DNA of 62,299 nucleotides, counting the filler, from Sphacelaria rigidula (Eukaryota): the NCBI GenBank assembly GCA_964200075.2. It is 11 parts of 11 records of this genome, joined end to end, with 100 filler letters (N's around TTAATTAATTAA, not from the genome) between each part and the next. Parts side by side here need not be neighbours in the genome. Positions count along the whole stretch, not along the records: positions 22,693 to 28,265 come from CAXNAA020026211.1; positions 28,366 to 33,938 come from CAXNAA020026212.1; positions 34,039 to 39,611 come from CAXNAA020026213.1; 8 more parts are not named here. One strand, given 5' to 3'. Below the pieces are notes generated by a model. The model was not told the origin of the DNA, did no database searches, and saw nothing but the letters and a program-made list of their open reading frames with translations. The position numbers and the translations under genes were made by a program. How positions within the stretch are numbered: the stretch's first letter is position 1; every line of letters starts with the position of its first letter. Of this stretch, positions 26,421 to 39,580 are shown piece by piece.

Positions 26421-27589
26421 GTACATCACTCTGAATCACCCAACCATTGGTGTAGAACTTGCTCGTTCTGGATTTACCTCCGTGTATCGTCCCGCAAAAA
26501 AATGTCCCGCACACGGCGAAAATCACAAAAACAAAAAGTCACGTGACTGACGTTCTCCGCAGATTAACCTCCCGTCTGCTGCACACCATTTTCCACCGCA
26601 TCAGTACTCGCTTATTCTCGGCGTCTGCGAATGGATACGGGTATATCTGTGCGCTCATGGTCGCGGCGTGTACGTACCTTGTGTACAGCCCCTGCATATC
26701 GATATGCCAAATGTCCGATTCATGAAAACTTACGGCGTAGAGTTGGCCATTGCGGTAAATGATGAGCGGCAGTAGTACCTTCGAAAAAAATATCCTATTT
26801 CGACCACGATGACCAAGGCAAAATCCGCGAGAAGTACCGAGTTACATTTTTTAGTTCGAATAACTCCATGATGGTCTCTTGCCATGATCATTTCAACGCA
26901 CAAAACTTCCACGGTTGGTCCTCATCAACGTTGGTCAATCGCCCAAAAATACTGTGAGGATTATTATTATTATTATTATTTCCGCACGATCTCTCGAACC
27001 CGTGTTCACAGACGTAGGCTCGTCTTTCCAATACCGTCCCTGCTACAGCTATTCCTTACAAGACATGGAGTCCTCCATCATTTGTTTTTAGACCCCAGCC
27101 TAATTACAAGAACAAACGCAAACCAAATTAAATGAAAATAAGAAGAGAGACGTCAAGAAAAATGTGACGAGGATCTTCCCCGACTTAAACGGGGTGAAAA
27201 AACACACAAAGAACTTCAGGTATGCTGAGAAAAACACACCGACAGAAAGAGGAAAGAAAAGAAAAAACAAGGAAAGAAAGTACAGATGACACAAAGGGAT
27301 TCGCAAGGCCACCGGTCGGGGGGCAACTGAAGAAACAACCCCAGGCACCCTCATAGACCACCACCACAGCTACTGTTTGAAGAGACCGCAGATGTACTAG
27401 TGAGTGTACTACCCGATAGACTACGGCTTACTTGAGGGTCCTCGGCAGGCACTGGGAGAGCTTTAGTGGCAGCAAAGCAAAAGTTCCTTAGCGTGGCGTG
27501 CTTTCGTGCAGGCTGCCATGTACATGCTAGCCCCCTCCTATACAACTCGGGACCATTCGGACACATCTTGGGCAACCTGCGTCCACGAT

Positions 27590-28050
27590 GTCGCACGTAT
27601 TCCCAAGTACGAGCAGAAGTCCGTGATACAGTGTTATAGGTGCCTTGCTGGTCGGCCTGCCCTCGTCTTCCCCCCAATCACGACTCCACGCATGACGATG
27701 TCGGGGAGGCGTTCATCTTGCATGCGCACAACGCGGCCGGCGTGGAAGAGGGTTCGCTTCATAGGGGATATCTCGCTTCAAACTTGGAAGTCTGGAAATT
27801 CGAGTCAGCCACATTGCAGGTCGGCGCCCTTACCATGATCTATCGTCTTGGTATGTTTGGCAATGGTCCTAGGCGTTCGGGTCATTTCCCGACGTTGATT
27901 CTTGCGCGGCAAGGTTCCGAGGAAAGCCCTGGAAAAAAACTGGAGAAGGTTTCGGAATCCCTCACGCTTATGATATATGATTGTGGCGCCATGGATCATG
28001 TTATCTTTGACATTGTCAATGAAACAGATACCTTGGCTCTGACGACTGTC
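27590..28050 (+). mobile_element. Highly decayed Copia gag/protease remnant
   Basis: QCYRC (knuckle remnant) followed by IYDCGAMDHV, which resembles the DSGA..H protease motif. Confidence 0.4.
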
Positions 28051-29172
28051 TGACGAGAAGGGGCGTGAGTATGTGCTGAGTGACTGGATAGGGGACGCAG
28101 ATCTCGATGACGCAAGGACTGCATCTGTATGATTGGTAAGGATTTTTCAACGGTGTCTAGTGGGCAGATACTACTCGCCCATTGTTGGCCCATGGAAGTT
28201 ATGCGAGTCATCCTACAATAGGGGGGGGGGGGGTGTACTCATGATCATGCATGCCATAGTCATGANNNNNNNNNNNNNNNNNNNNNNNNNNNNNNNNNNN
28301 NNNNNNNNNTTAATTAATTAANNNNNNNNNNNNNNNNNNNNNNNNNNNNNNNNNNNNNNNNNNNNGAGACATTCGCTAGCTGAACAAGAAAAGAAAATGG
28401 GCGGGGGGGGGTGGAAGAGAAATTGAATAAAAGGGGTAAAGTGGGGGAAAAAAACAGAGCAAACGAAAAAAAAAGCAAAAAAACAATGAGCAACGAGGGA
28501 AGGAAAGGAACAAAACGGAGAATCATGCCCATATGATGTGCGGCGTTTACGGAGAGTGTATCCTCGTGGCTGCATGTGCACCGGTTCCGTAAGCAAATGG
28601 ACTTATCTGTAGTCTAGGGGTAGTATGTGGATGAAATATTGTGGCCTATAGAAAGTATTGTTATACTCCGAGGCTGATCACTGCGCTCCGTTCAATAGGT
28701 CCGCTTACTCTACCCGACTTTTCCAGATTTACGCAATGGAAGTGGCCGATTGTTTGGAAGGTGATGATAGCGCAGTAGAATGCAGTGCAGTACAGTACAG
28801 TGCAGCATAGTCCAGTAGAGTGCCGCACAGTAGAGACTAGCGTGCGTTTTAGTTGGGCTTCGTTTATCTGCTGTCACCCCTGGGGGCGAGTCGTCTGTTG
28901 CTTCGACTTTGTTTTAACGTGAAGAATGAACGATGACCTACAGACAGTGCGGTCGCAAGCAATGCAGTAGGGTAGTGTGTGTGCGTGTGTGTGTATGTGT
29001 GTGTGTAATGTGCATAGAAAGCCTTGTGGGGTTCTCTTCGGACCGACCGGACGGATCCTTCTTTCATGACTGGCTTGCTCGATTTGTCCAACAGGAAGAA
29101 CCGAGAAACTCTTATTTTTTCTTGTATGATTTTTGGTCGATTCGCACCTCTACTAGTACGGCAAGTATAACA

Positions 29173-29211
29173 CAGTACAGTACAGTACAGTACAGTACAG
29201 TACAGTACAGT
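29173..29211 (+). repeat. (CAGTA)n microsatellite
   Basis: About 8 perfect units; a degenerate version is at 28772-28835. Confidence 0.9.
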
Positions 29212-30879
29212 CCCTCCGTATGTGGTTATTAGTTATTGCACACTGACAGACGCCTAGGGCCGAAGCTTCTAACAGTATGGCGGCGCGTACACTGCGCCAA
29301 GTTGATCGGCGGTTTTAGTGGGAGCATCCCCCACCACACTGCCTCGAGCCACCGCTCGAGGCGCCTTCCCCACATGACTGCCGCGCGGTGGTCTAGCCGA
29401 GTCTTCGGGTAATCGGCACACGAACTCGCTTTGCGAGGTAAGTGTTGGGTTAGGTTTCATTCTTCCATCAAGGAAAAAAAAAAAAAATCGATCCAGGAGG
29501 GATTCAGCTGTGGTGAAACATGACGGAAACACTCGCTAACCGAAGGAAAAAAAATCGAGGAAGGGGAAATATTAAAAAGACGGGAACATATAATGGACGC
29601 AATCAATTGAAAGAACGGTCAGCAAAAAAAGGAGAGAACGTTTGCACGGAGTCTCACAAGAAGGCGCTCAATAAGCGCTTCTCTATACGTAGTATCTCTC
29701 ACGTAATGGAGGGAAGCTACCGTACTGGAGACGCAAAACTACAATGTCTGTGACCACGGATTCGGGAGATCGGGCTAACGTGGATAAAATAAAATAAAAA
29801 TACGCATTCGTACGGCTTACCGCCACCATCCTGCACTTGCACGGAGCAGCAGGGAATACTTCACGTGCTGTGCAATAATAACTTTCGGTTGGCAGTTGCC
29901 TACGAGCTGGGCCAGCTGACAGGGATTTTTGAACGAAGAGTGGAGATGCCATTGGTACTTCCAAGAGTTAGGCGCTGAAATTTTGACACGACATTTTTTT
30001 TTATTAACCCGCGCAACCCTACAGGGGGTGCAGAGAAGGGGAAAAAAAACAGGAAGTTAGAGCGAGTTGAAGTTTCAGCAAAAACAGGGAAAATGCAATA
30101 ACCTCATCAACAAATGATAAAAACGACGACGACGCTCCAACACATACGGACACTTGCATCAACGACATCCTGGTAAAGTTTCGGCCAAAAGTACCTCAAA
30201 GTGGGCTTTGCGTCGCACTTTTCGTGTGACACGGCTGCACCCCTTCAATCCGAGTGATAAAAAAGACTTCAGGTATAGAGGTCCTGAGTTCGAATCCCCA
30301 CAGATTCTCTTTTTTTTTCGACAGTCGTCAAGGTCATATATAATAGAGTACATTTTTTTTCCTTCGTTCAGCGGCGGTGCCGTGTGTTGTCAGGTTGGTC
30401 TGCAGTTCATAGCGATATGCTCAAGTCGCGCTGATCTGAGAAACTTGAAAAGCTGTGGTGTGGGAAGCGAACGTGGGATTTACTGCTGGCCCAGCTCGTA
30501 GTAGAGCAGTGTCCTAAGGGTTGTGGATCTGTTTCTGTCTCTGTTTCTGCTTCTCTTATTTTTCCTTCCTCACTTTTATATCATTTTCTATTATATATTT
30601 CGTTTTCTTATGTTTTAGTTCCAGTGTTTCACTGGAGCAGCGTTCGTGTCTTGCTCTTGTTCTCAGAGGGTTCTTGCTCAACTACAGTAGTGTAGTTCCG
30701 ACATACCGTAGCTAAACCGTAGCCTGCTTCCACATCCTATCTTCGTGTTATTTTCTTCTGTTATATCGTGTTGTGTTGCGATGTGCTTTGCTTTTTGCAT
30801 GACTATTGAAACCCAAGCCATACTGCAGGGGTCGGTTATGCAATAACAAATTGGCCCTTCTTCGTCGTTCACGCCCCAA

Positions 30880-31357
30880 GGCCGGATGTTATGGCACACA
30901 GATATTTGGTCCACGGATTGTTCACTTTTGGGACGTTTAACCCACTTTTTGATCCTCAAAGAAAATCGTCAACACACGTCGCGGACACTTTGCATCACCC
31001 CACAGAGAGGAGCCTAGCCTACTTTTCAGGTTCGCTTGGCTCCGAGGTTTCGGGATTGGCCGCTGAACAATAATTCGTGTGGAAAAGTTTGTGCCTGCCG
31101 ACCCCCGCCAGTTTGCCCAATAATCTGTGGAAATCGCCATAGATTTCATTGCACACAGATTATTGTTCAGCTGCCGCTCTCGGAATCTTGGAGCCAAGCG
31201 ACTCTGAAAAGTGGGCTAGGTTCCTCTCTGTGGGGTGATGCAAAGTGTCCGGGACGTGTGTTGGCGATTTTCCCTGTTTGGGTTTCAAAAGGTGGGTTGA
31301 ACGTTCCAAAAGTGAACAATCCGTGGGCCAAAAATTTGTGTGCCCTAACATCCGGCC
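30880..31357. mobile_element. Foldback MITE with GGCCGGATGTTA termini and ~200-bp inverted arms
   Basis: GGCCGGATGTTATGGCACACA...TGTGTGCCCTAACATCCGGCC; internal pairing includes TTGCATCACCCCACAGAGAGG. TSD not resolved. Confidence 0.8.
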
Positions 31358-31369
31358 TACCGGAGAGCT

Positions 31370-31760
31370 AGGCGGAGTTTGACGTTTTGGAATGATTTGC
31401 CCTACTCGTTGAGACGGTTGCAGGACATCCTCGCGTTTTCCGGTCGCCGCAGTTTCTTTTTTGGCCAAACTTGCATTTTTTTTCCAAGAACGATCGAGAA
31501 CGGTGAAATCTAGGAAAAACTGCCTTATTTTCCTTGTCTTGATCGTCTCTGAAATGCTTGTTTGACCAAAAAACAAACTGCGGCCATGGGGAAACGCGAA
31601 GATGTCCTGAAACCGTCCCAAGGGGTAGGGCAAGTCGTTCCAAGATGTCAAAATCCGCCCGGCTCTCTTTGAGCGCGTAACATGACACAGAAGGACCAAA
31701 AAGCAGGTTTAAAGGATTTTTTTGTTTGCCCCAAGAAGCGGCCTTAAGAAGCCTTCTTGT
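31370..31760. repeat. Palindromic MITE-like repeat; a second family member is at about 33125-33540
   Basis: Shared blocks CTCGTTGAGAC, CAAACTTGC and GCGAAG.TGTCCT; each copy is self-complementary. Confidence 0.6.
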
Positions 31761-32299
31761 ATTTTCCCATCGTATTTTGAACAATACGATGAGATAATAC
31801 AAACAGTAAGAAGCGGTCTGTAACTCCTAATAACATTAAGCTGCGCGTCACCTACCAACCGGGAACAAGAACTGTTGACCGGCCCAGCTTGTTGTACTTT
31901 CGATACTAACTTCCCCGACCGTCACGTTTCAGACCATGTATTTTCTGTATCTAATCCCTCAGACGGCGAGAGTAGGTCATCTGTTGAACCTGCACAATTT
32001 CACTTGAAAAAATTATGCATGATTCAGATGGACTACCCTAACGGCCCAAGCGTCAACTCTTTTGGGACCGGGCCTCCAGAACGACCAATGAGGATGGTCA
32101 GGAATGACGTGTCTGGCGTCTGCATGAAACAGTGGCGTGTTGCTGAAAATCCGCGTATGTAACCGCAGGATTATGACAAAGACCAAAAGTTCCAATCTAT
32201 TTTCAGGTGCAGGGTGCGCATTAGGTGGTGTACATCCAACGTAGCAAGCAGTATGGGTCGTGATGAAAAGCTTCCAACAGGATGCGACGACCGGCGGAC

Positions 32300-32676
32300 C
32301 GCCCTCTACTAGTGGCTTTGGATGATACTTTCGTCGCCATAACCTTGCCATACAGCCCTTTGTGGTCGGGGTGGGCCACCATTTCCCACCTTGTTGCATG
32401 CGGTAAATTCTCTTCCAACGGTATTAGCGTTGCGGCGCGCATGCATACAACAGTATAGTACAGTGCTGTCTGGTATGCCTCTCCGAATGAAGCAGCAGCT
32501 GCCCCTGCATACTCCCTTGTACGTTCTGGGCAATTCTCAGCTACCGAAATCAGCTGCCTATATACAGCTTTGTCATCCCCGTCCACAACATACATGTGGA
32601 CTGCACACTGCAAGTCATCCGCAGAGAGATACGCAGAATTCATGACGGTAGCTCCTTCTGTCTTCCCACAGCCCAC
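32300..32676 (-). pseudogene. Possible Mutator/Phantom-like transposase fragment
   Basis: Starts after a cag acceptor. GKTE-x24-DGDDKAVY resembles the ME-x24-DGDS motif of Mutator-like transposases. Recognition is from memory only. Confidence 0.3.
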
Positions 32677-35080
32677 CTGGATTTTGGGCCTCGTGAAAAT
32701 GACTACATGGTGGCATGTACATTCCTTCCCGTTTTTTTCCGGCCCACCCTGTGTTAGTGTAAATTACTACGTTTTAGTATAGAATTGGGACCCAGAAAAC
32801 ACTCCGGAAAAACTCGGGAACGGTATGCTGACTGCAAGTAATACCATAAAACCAAGCCGCAACCATCCTGCACTTGGAAACCTAGAGAGGCTTATCTGGG
32901 CCGGGGACAGGGCCCCCACACGATTTTTGCAGTGGCACCACACTCGATAACAATCCCTGCGCTGGTCGTTCGGGTCTGGTCGATAATCTTCGCCTCGCCG
33001 TGATCGGGCAGGTCGCTCGAAGACTTATTTTTATTTATTTCACCAACACAGGGTCAACCCTGTGTCAGTGGGGGTCCGGTCCCAAAAGGGTTGAGTTAAT
33101 CACTCTTAGGCTGCTTTTCAAGTGCCAAAAAAAATCTTGTTGAAACGTGCCTTTTTGGCCTTCCCCCGTCGTTTCTGGCTCGAAAAGAGAGTTAGGCGGA
33201 TGGTGACCCTTCGGAATGGCTTGCTTTGCTCGTTGAGACCGTTCCAGGGCACCTTCGCGTTTCGCGGAGGTCACAGTTTTGTTTCCGGTCAAACTTGCGT
33301 CTTCAATAACAAGTGATCAAGTTAGAAAAAAAAACGACGCCCTTGTTTCTTAATAACTTGACCGCTTGTTTTTGAAAACGCAAGTTTGGCCAACAACAAA
33401 ACTACGATCTGCGCGAAAAGCGAAGGTGTCCTAGAATGGTCTCAATGACCAGAGCAAGTCATTACGAAGTGTCACCATCCGCCCAACCCTTCTTCCGGGC
33501 GAAAGAGGACCCGAGAGGGGCCGAAAAGGCTTTCGACAACATTTTTTTTTTCTCATTAGTCAGGGCTGATCTAAAGTCTGCAGTACGTGTCTACACATCT
33601 ATTCTGCGATTTATTGTACAGTATGCATCTCACCGAAAACAACAGTCACGGCTGCGTAACAATGATCCTTTACTTTACTGCAGATGCCGTACAACAGACA
33701 GTCCTGTACGGATAACGTGCGGCAAAACGAGTACAATACACAGATGTATATAAAGCGCTACAACGTGATATACGTATACTCTGCCGTACACATCGTACAG
33801 TACAATACGGTGGACGTGTGCAAAACGCCTTGAGTACAGGAGCACTCGGATGCATGTACTGTACGAGCTGGGCCAGTCTAGGGGCGGATTTGAAGTTTGC
33901 AGGCCCATGCTCTTTTATACATTTAGAGTTGGGCCCTGNNNNNNNNNNNNNNNNNNNNNNNNNNNNNNNNNNNNNNNNNNNNTTAATTAATTAANNNNNN
34001 NNNNNNNNNNNNNNNNNNNNNNNNNNNNNNNNNNNNNNGAAATCGTTTGATGCACGAGGCAGTAGGGAGAAAACGATGGCCATACTAGGAGATGGATGGC
34101 GGCCAGAGACGGCGGAAGAGGACGGGGATAAGATATGTGAAAGATTCTTGTGTAAGGTAGGGATGAAACGTAATGAGCTTTTGAAGAAACGAAATGAGCG
34201 CCAGAATGTTGAAGGTGTCGCTATTAGGAGTAGGAACGGTGCTCTGTCTCGAAAGGGATGCGTGGTCAATGGTCACACGGCTAAGGCAAGCAACAAGCGA
34301 GCCCCCTCTTCCCCCCCCTTCCTTTTGAGGGTTGGCATCGGTTGGCAACGACGCTGTCAAACACACCATTCACTGCGTGAGCTGGCGACGAGGTTACTTT
34401 TTTTTGCGTTAACCATGGTGGTGGTCGAGCCAGATCATTTTGTGCGTGGTGGAGAACCTGAACTCCACGCAAAGGGGGTGATCGTACTACGTAGTGTTTA
34501 TGAATGGAAATACCCATAACGAAGTGTGTAAGACGTGGCTGTTTCAGGAAGTAGCGATACCAGAAAATGAAGCAACTCATTGGAGGTTATCACCCATATG
34601 CAAGATAATCGGTAGGCTTCGGGCCGAACAACCTGAGCAGGATGCAGCCCACCCTTTATGCGACTTGCCGAGAACATCACGGCGCTTCGCGCCTGGTGAT
34701 CGATTGCCAGCCTGGTCCGGCGAAAACCCGATGTGTTCCGTCCCGACTTTGTAGGGATGCGAGGTTAGCGGTCATATGACAACGGCATGCAAGGTCATGA
34801 GTACTCCCCCCTCCCCCGCTCTATCGTACCGAAGCAAAGCTCCTACATCTGTGATGACGTCAAGATAAATGGTTCATCAACTCAGACGTGTATACCACTA
34901 GTATCCCTCACACAGCTTCCCTGAGGCGAGTACATCCCCTGCTTCTGATCATGATCCATGACATCCTCTTCTGGTGACAACGTTGGTCGAAAACGCTCGG
35001 AAGTTCTCGGTACATCCCCACATTGACAGAAAGCCGACATTACCAACCCGTAGCAACAGGGTCGAAATCGGTACTGAGTT

Positions 35081-35121
35081 TGCGTGTGCGTGTGCGTGTG
35101 CGTGTGCGTGCGTGTGCGTGC

Positions 35122-35173
<52 letters not shown>
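35081..35173 (+). repeat. (GCGTGT)n/(GT)n microsatellite
   Basis: Read directly from the sequence. Confidence 0.95.
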
Positions 35174-35175
<2 letters not shown>

Positions 35176-35571
35176 CCGGCTTCCTGTCCATGCCTTGGTT
35201 ATGCTCTGCAAGTTGAGGCCGACGACAGATTTTTCTTCGATTTTTGCGCCATGCGGGGGACTTCCACAACCGTGTAGCGGACCACTTCCCTTTTCTTTCG
35301 CTGGTCCAGCACATTCGCAACGTTTCCAAGAGTCACACATCTAGTGCAGACTCATTGTAGTTAGTACCTACAGCGCATATTGGCCGAGTTTGGCAGAGGA
35401 GAGGGAAATATCTTTTCCTCGGAGCGTTATCTGTCGTTTGAACCCATCGAAAATCAATGACGATCCAACGAAGGTATCACCCCCGCCCCGCTCTCCACGA
35501 CTCTCTGCTGTAGTCCCAAACGAAATCTAACTTCACTCGTCAACCTCTTGCTTCGTACGCATTCTGAACAG

Positions 35572-35676
35572 TATATGAACGCATTCCTCTACATCCTTGG
35601 TGGGCACATTGCTGTCGGGGAGGGGTGTGGACCGAGTGATCAGATCGGCCCGCATAACACGATCACTCTGACGACG
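35572..35676 (+). CDS. Pirin-family gene exon (C-terminal cupin region)
   Basis: cag|TATATGAAC...ACG|gtaaga, 35 codons, YMNAFLYILGGHIAVGEG...IGPHNTITLT; phase 0 join to the next exon. Confidence 0.8.
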
Positions 35677-36627
35677 GTAAGAAATTGCCGGTTGTTGTCA
35701 TGGAATGCTATTGTACCTAGTGTCCAGTAGTTCCCTAGGAAAGTTGAAGTCAGGATCTTCGGGTTGTAATGGTAGGCCCACGCCAAGGTTAGGCTTATCG
35801 TGTACGTCTATGAACCAAAATTCCCCTAGTATATTTATTCGCGGATCATACAGCGATAGGGAGAATCAAATAGACGTTGTCGTGGGGACCTCTACGGGTA
35901 TGGCTGTCAATGACTCCACGAGTTGTTAACGCGCACTTCCCAGGAACTGCGTACCACAGTCTCACGAGCTTACCCAATGTCTCTCAACAGCTGAAGTGAC
36001 GTACACAGAAATCGAAACATAACGCACCATGGTCACTTAGGAACACGTAAAGGGCACGAGGAGGACAATCCGAGGGTAAGGATTACTCTGTGCCGCTAGG
36101 TTTGGGGGTAGAGATGTGGTTATCGGTTCATGGAGTCGCCCTAGTCGCCCTAGTCAGGATAGAAGGATAAAAGGATAGGACTTGTAGAAGTAGGGGCCTG
36201 GGGGAGGCTGCACAGGGTGTACATCGCTCGCTTCACAGGACCCTGGTGCTTCGTGATTGCTTCTTTCAAACCGGGCGAGAGTGTACTATGCGTTGCTACA
36301 GGTGTCAGTTCAGAAACACATGGGTGCTGCCTGCTTGTTTGTGGTCGTAAGGTTTCGCTCACGCTGATAGTTCAGGACATAATACCTTTGAATAGTAGCC
36401 GTAGTGCCGTCCGAATTGTATCTGTTCACGACCCCGCGTGCCGCTGCGAGCTGTTCCCACCCGAAGCGTAGATAGTAGTCCAACCTTACAAATAAGATTC
36501 ATACAAAGCAACACAGTACAGGCCAAGCATGTCTGACAAGAGGAAGGAACAGAAATGCCAGTGTTGTACGAAGTGTGCGTATGGCTCACGGGAACTGACG
36601 AAACCGCGATGCGTACGTGTGGTACAG

Positions 36628-36747
36628 GTGGGCTCCGGCGTGTCGGTGAGGACGTTCGAGTCTGCCGCCGACTTCGTACTCATCTGCGGCGAGCCTACCA
36701 ACGAGCCTGTTGTGCAACAGGGACCTTTCGTCATGAATACGCTACAG
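36628..36747 (+). CDS. Pirin-family gene exon
   Basis: FVLICGEPTNEPVVQQGPFVMNT is the pirin C-terminal signature; cag acceptor, 40 codons, ends CAG|gcatgt. Confidence 0.9.
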
Positions 36748-38969
36748 GCATGTTGTTGTCCGTACTCGTAAGCTTCACCTTTACAAATGCTGAACAGTCT
36801 GTGTATACAGTACCGCGGTTGTACAATTTACTTGCTTGAGTCGTTTCGATTGTCGCACATCAACCGATGCACTGCGAATTAATCCAAGCGTGGGAACAAG
36901 GCGAACGTACCCCCCGGTCATGAGACGGAAACGCTCGTTGAGAGAAACTCGCAAAAGGATGAAGTCGGGGGGGATTGAGATGACAAATACAACGGACTGA
37001 AAATAAAATACAAAGCAAAGCAAAGAAAACAAAATGAAACGAAAGGAAAGAGAGACAAGAAGACCCGCCAGGTTAAGGTCTACTGCCAAATCACGTGTTG
37101 GAGTCTTGCAGCTATAGAGGGTGTGTGAATTTGTCGCCGTGCATACCATGGAAAGCTTACACATTTATACGCGACGTATAGCAGAAAAAAAACACCCCTC
37201 TCGATCGTTGTGTGGGTCGTCAAGTATTATTGTTCCTTTGATAGATAATTCGATCGATCGTTTTTCTGCATTCCATGTATGCCAATTCGTTTGTGTCTTT
37301 GACTTGGGTTAAAATGCTTCTTGAACATACACATTTCAGGAACCTAGAGAATGGAGTCCAGTCACAAAGTATGAGGCCACAAAAAAATGTACCTCCAGCT
37401 TTTCCTCACCTGCGATGTTCTAGCATGCATGTCCCCCGCCCCCTCCCCCGAACAGAATCAGCCGACTTCTCCTTTTGTATTCACTATCCTGAAACTATCA
37501 TGCATAATAATAATATACGTTAGGTCGCAGTCCATATATACTCCACAATAATGCGATACAGAAATGTTTCCAGGAAGGTTGGACTGGTTGGCATATTTTG
37601 CCTCGATCACACACAAAACGAACTTGATAGACGGTGTAATGCGTGAGAGGACCGCATCGGAATTTAAATATCCGTATGGTTAGGATTAGGGTTAGGGTTA
37701 GCGTTGGGGTCAGGGTCAGGCGCGTGGTCCCTGCAGGGACTGGCCCGATTGGTTTTGAAAAGAGTCGACCCTGAGGTGTTTCGAACTACGATGCGGTCCC
37801 CTAAGCACGCGGTCCTCTCACGCATTACAGACGGGCTCTCTCTCTCTCTACCTGATGCCAATCCACTAGAAAATTACTCGTGGTCACAAGATAGACATGT
37901 AGTACCCAAGGGAAATATGCGGAAGCACCGGATACACAACAAGGTCTCGGGATTTTTCATTACAAATGTGTTCGGTTATGAATGCCTACAGCCGAAACAG
38001 ACGCCCACGTTAGTATGACTAAAAGACGTCACTGGAAAATGACTACTGGTACTTCGCAATGAAAGATCCATCAACAGTTCACCCTCTTGACCGGACACAC
38101 TTTGGATCTGTACTATAGGGTACAGCACCAGACGCAGCACAGCGCAACATAGTAGATTTGCCCTCTTGATTCAATCGCACATTGATGCGCTTCGGTACGT
38201 TAAAGTTCGTACACCACGCCGTCACAGGCAGTCTAGTCGGCATCATGAGGACACATTACATAGCCCATACAGCACAGGCGAGCACGCCGCCACAACAAAA
38301 TAGCGCAGCACGTATTCGATTGACTGATTCTTGCAAATTCCCTGATTGGCTACAAATTTAGCCGTCATCATAACAAGGTCATCGTACCCCGGATAGATGG
38401 ACGGGGATAATTGCTTGAGGGAGAACAAGAAAGGGGGCAAACGTAAACGAAAACGGCTTAAGATGCGAACAAAGTGACCGGAGGTTCAGGTGGGTATAAA
38501 TCGCGTCACCTGCGTAATGGGTGTTAAACGATGGGCTGAGGTTGCGGTCAAGCCTTTAGCTTCTGAGGTGGGTCCGCTTATCGGTTAACATCATGTTCAT
38601 GTTCGATTGACGGAATTAAATCAGACATAGATGTCTATCTTTCTATCTTTGGAAGGAAGCAATAAGGGGGAAAAGTAAAAGGTAGGCTCTTAACCAACTG
38701 CAACAATGAGCGCAAAAACACATTTTAAACAAGGCAAGAAGGAGAGGACGTAATGATAGAGAATGGAAGAAAGCAGAGAACATACAACAGAAAGAAGGAA
38801 AGGAACCCAGCAACATAATAAGCCAAGCACAGCGCAGGAAACATAGCCAGGGAACACCACTAGGGTTGCAAGCCAAGAGCAGATGATAACAACCGACAAG
38901 GTGAGGCAGGTGGTATCAGCTTCAGTCATACCGGAAGGTCTGGATTATCGTACAGCCTTCATCTGGAAT

Positions 38970-39580
38970 GTTATATCTACCTGGCATGTCCATCTAGGCG
39001 ATCCATCGAGGGTGAGGATATCTATTTGCAATGTCTATGTGGGATATGGACATCCATCTGGGACAAGAATACGTTTCTGAGATGCCCCCTGGTATATTCG
39101 TCTGGGATATTCATCCTGAGTGTCTATTTTAATCTCATATGCATCTGGTATATATATCAGATCTACCTGGTATATTTACCTGAGATATGGATGAGCTTCC
39201 GGGATGTTTTTTACCTGGAATATCTGTCTGCAATATCTATCTGGGATGTGGATATGCATCTGAACTGTGGACGTCCATCTGGGATGTAATTCTCCATGTA
39301 GGATGTTCACCTGGTATATTCGCCTGGGACATCCATCCAGAATGTCCATTTTGCACAATGTATCTCAGACCCATCTGGCACATCTGCATACGTCGGACGA
39401 GTCATCACTCGTCGAGACGAGTGCACTCGTGGATGTTTTTCGAAAACACAACGAGCATGAGACGTGCGCTCGAGTCATTACTTTTTTCACAACGAGCAAT
39501 GACTCGTGTGCTCAAGCCATCACCTTTTTCCACAACGAGCGATGACTCGAGTGCTCGCCCTATTCATTTTTTGAGCTACG
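38970..39580. repeat. Degenerate low-complexity repeat block (ATATCTATCTGGGATG-like units, then ACGAG..ATGA/CTCGTG units)
   Basis: Recurrent short motifs; probably transposon subterminal arrays. Confidence 0.5.

Noticed and set aside
29250..29960. Minus-strand exon candidates at about 29955-29821 and 29425-29270
   Set aside because: Splice-like sites exist, but several frames are open and no protein is recognisable.
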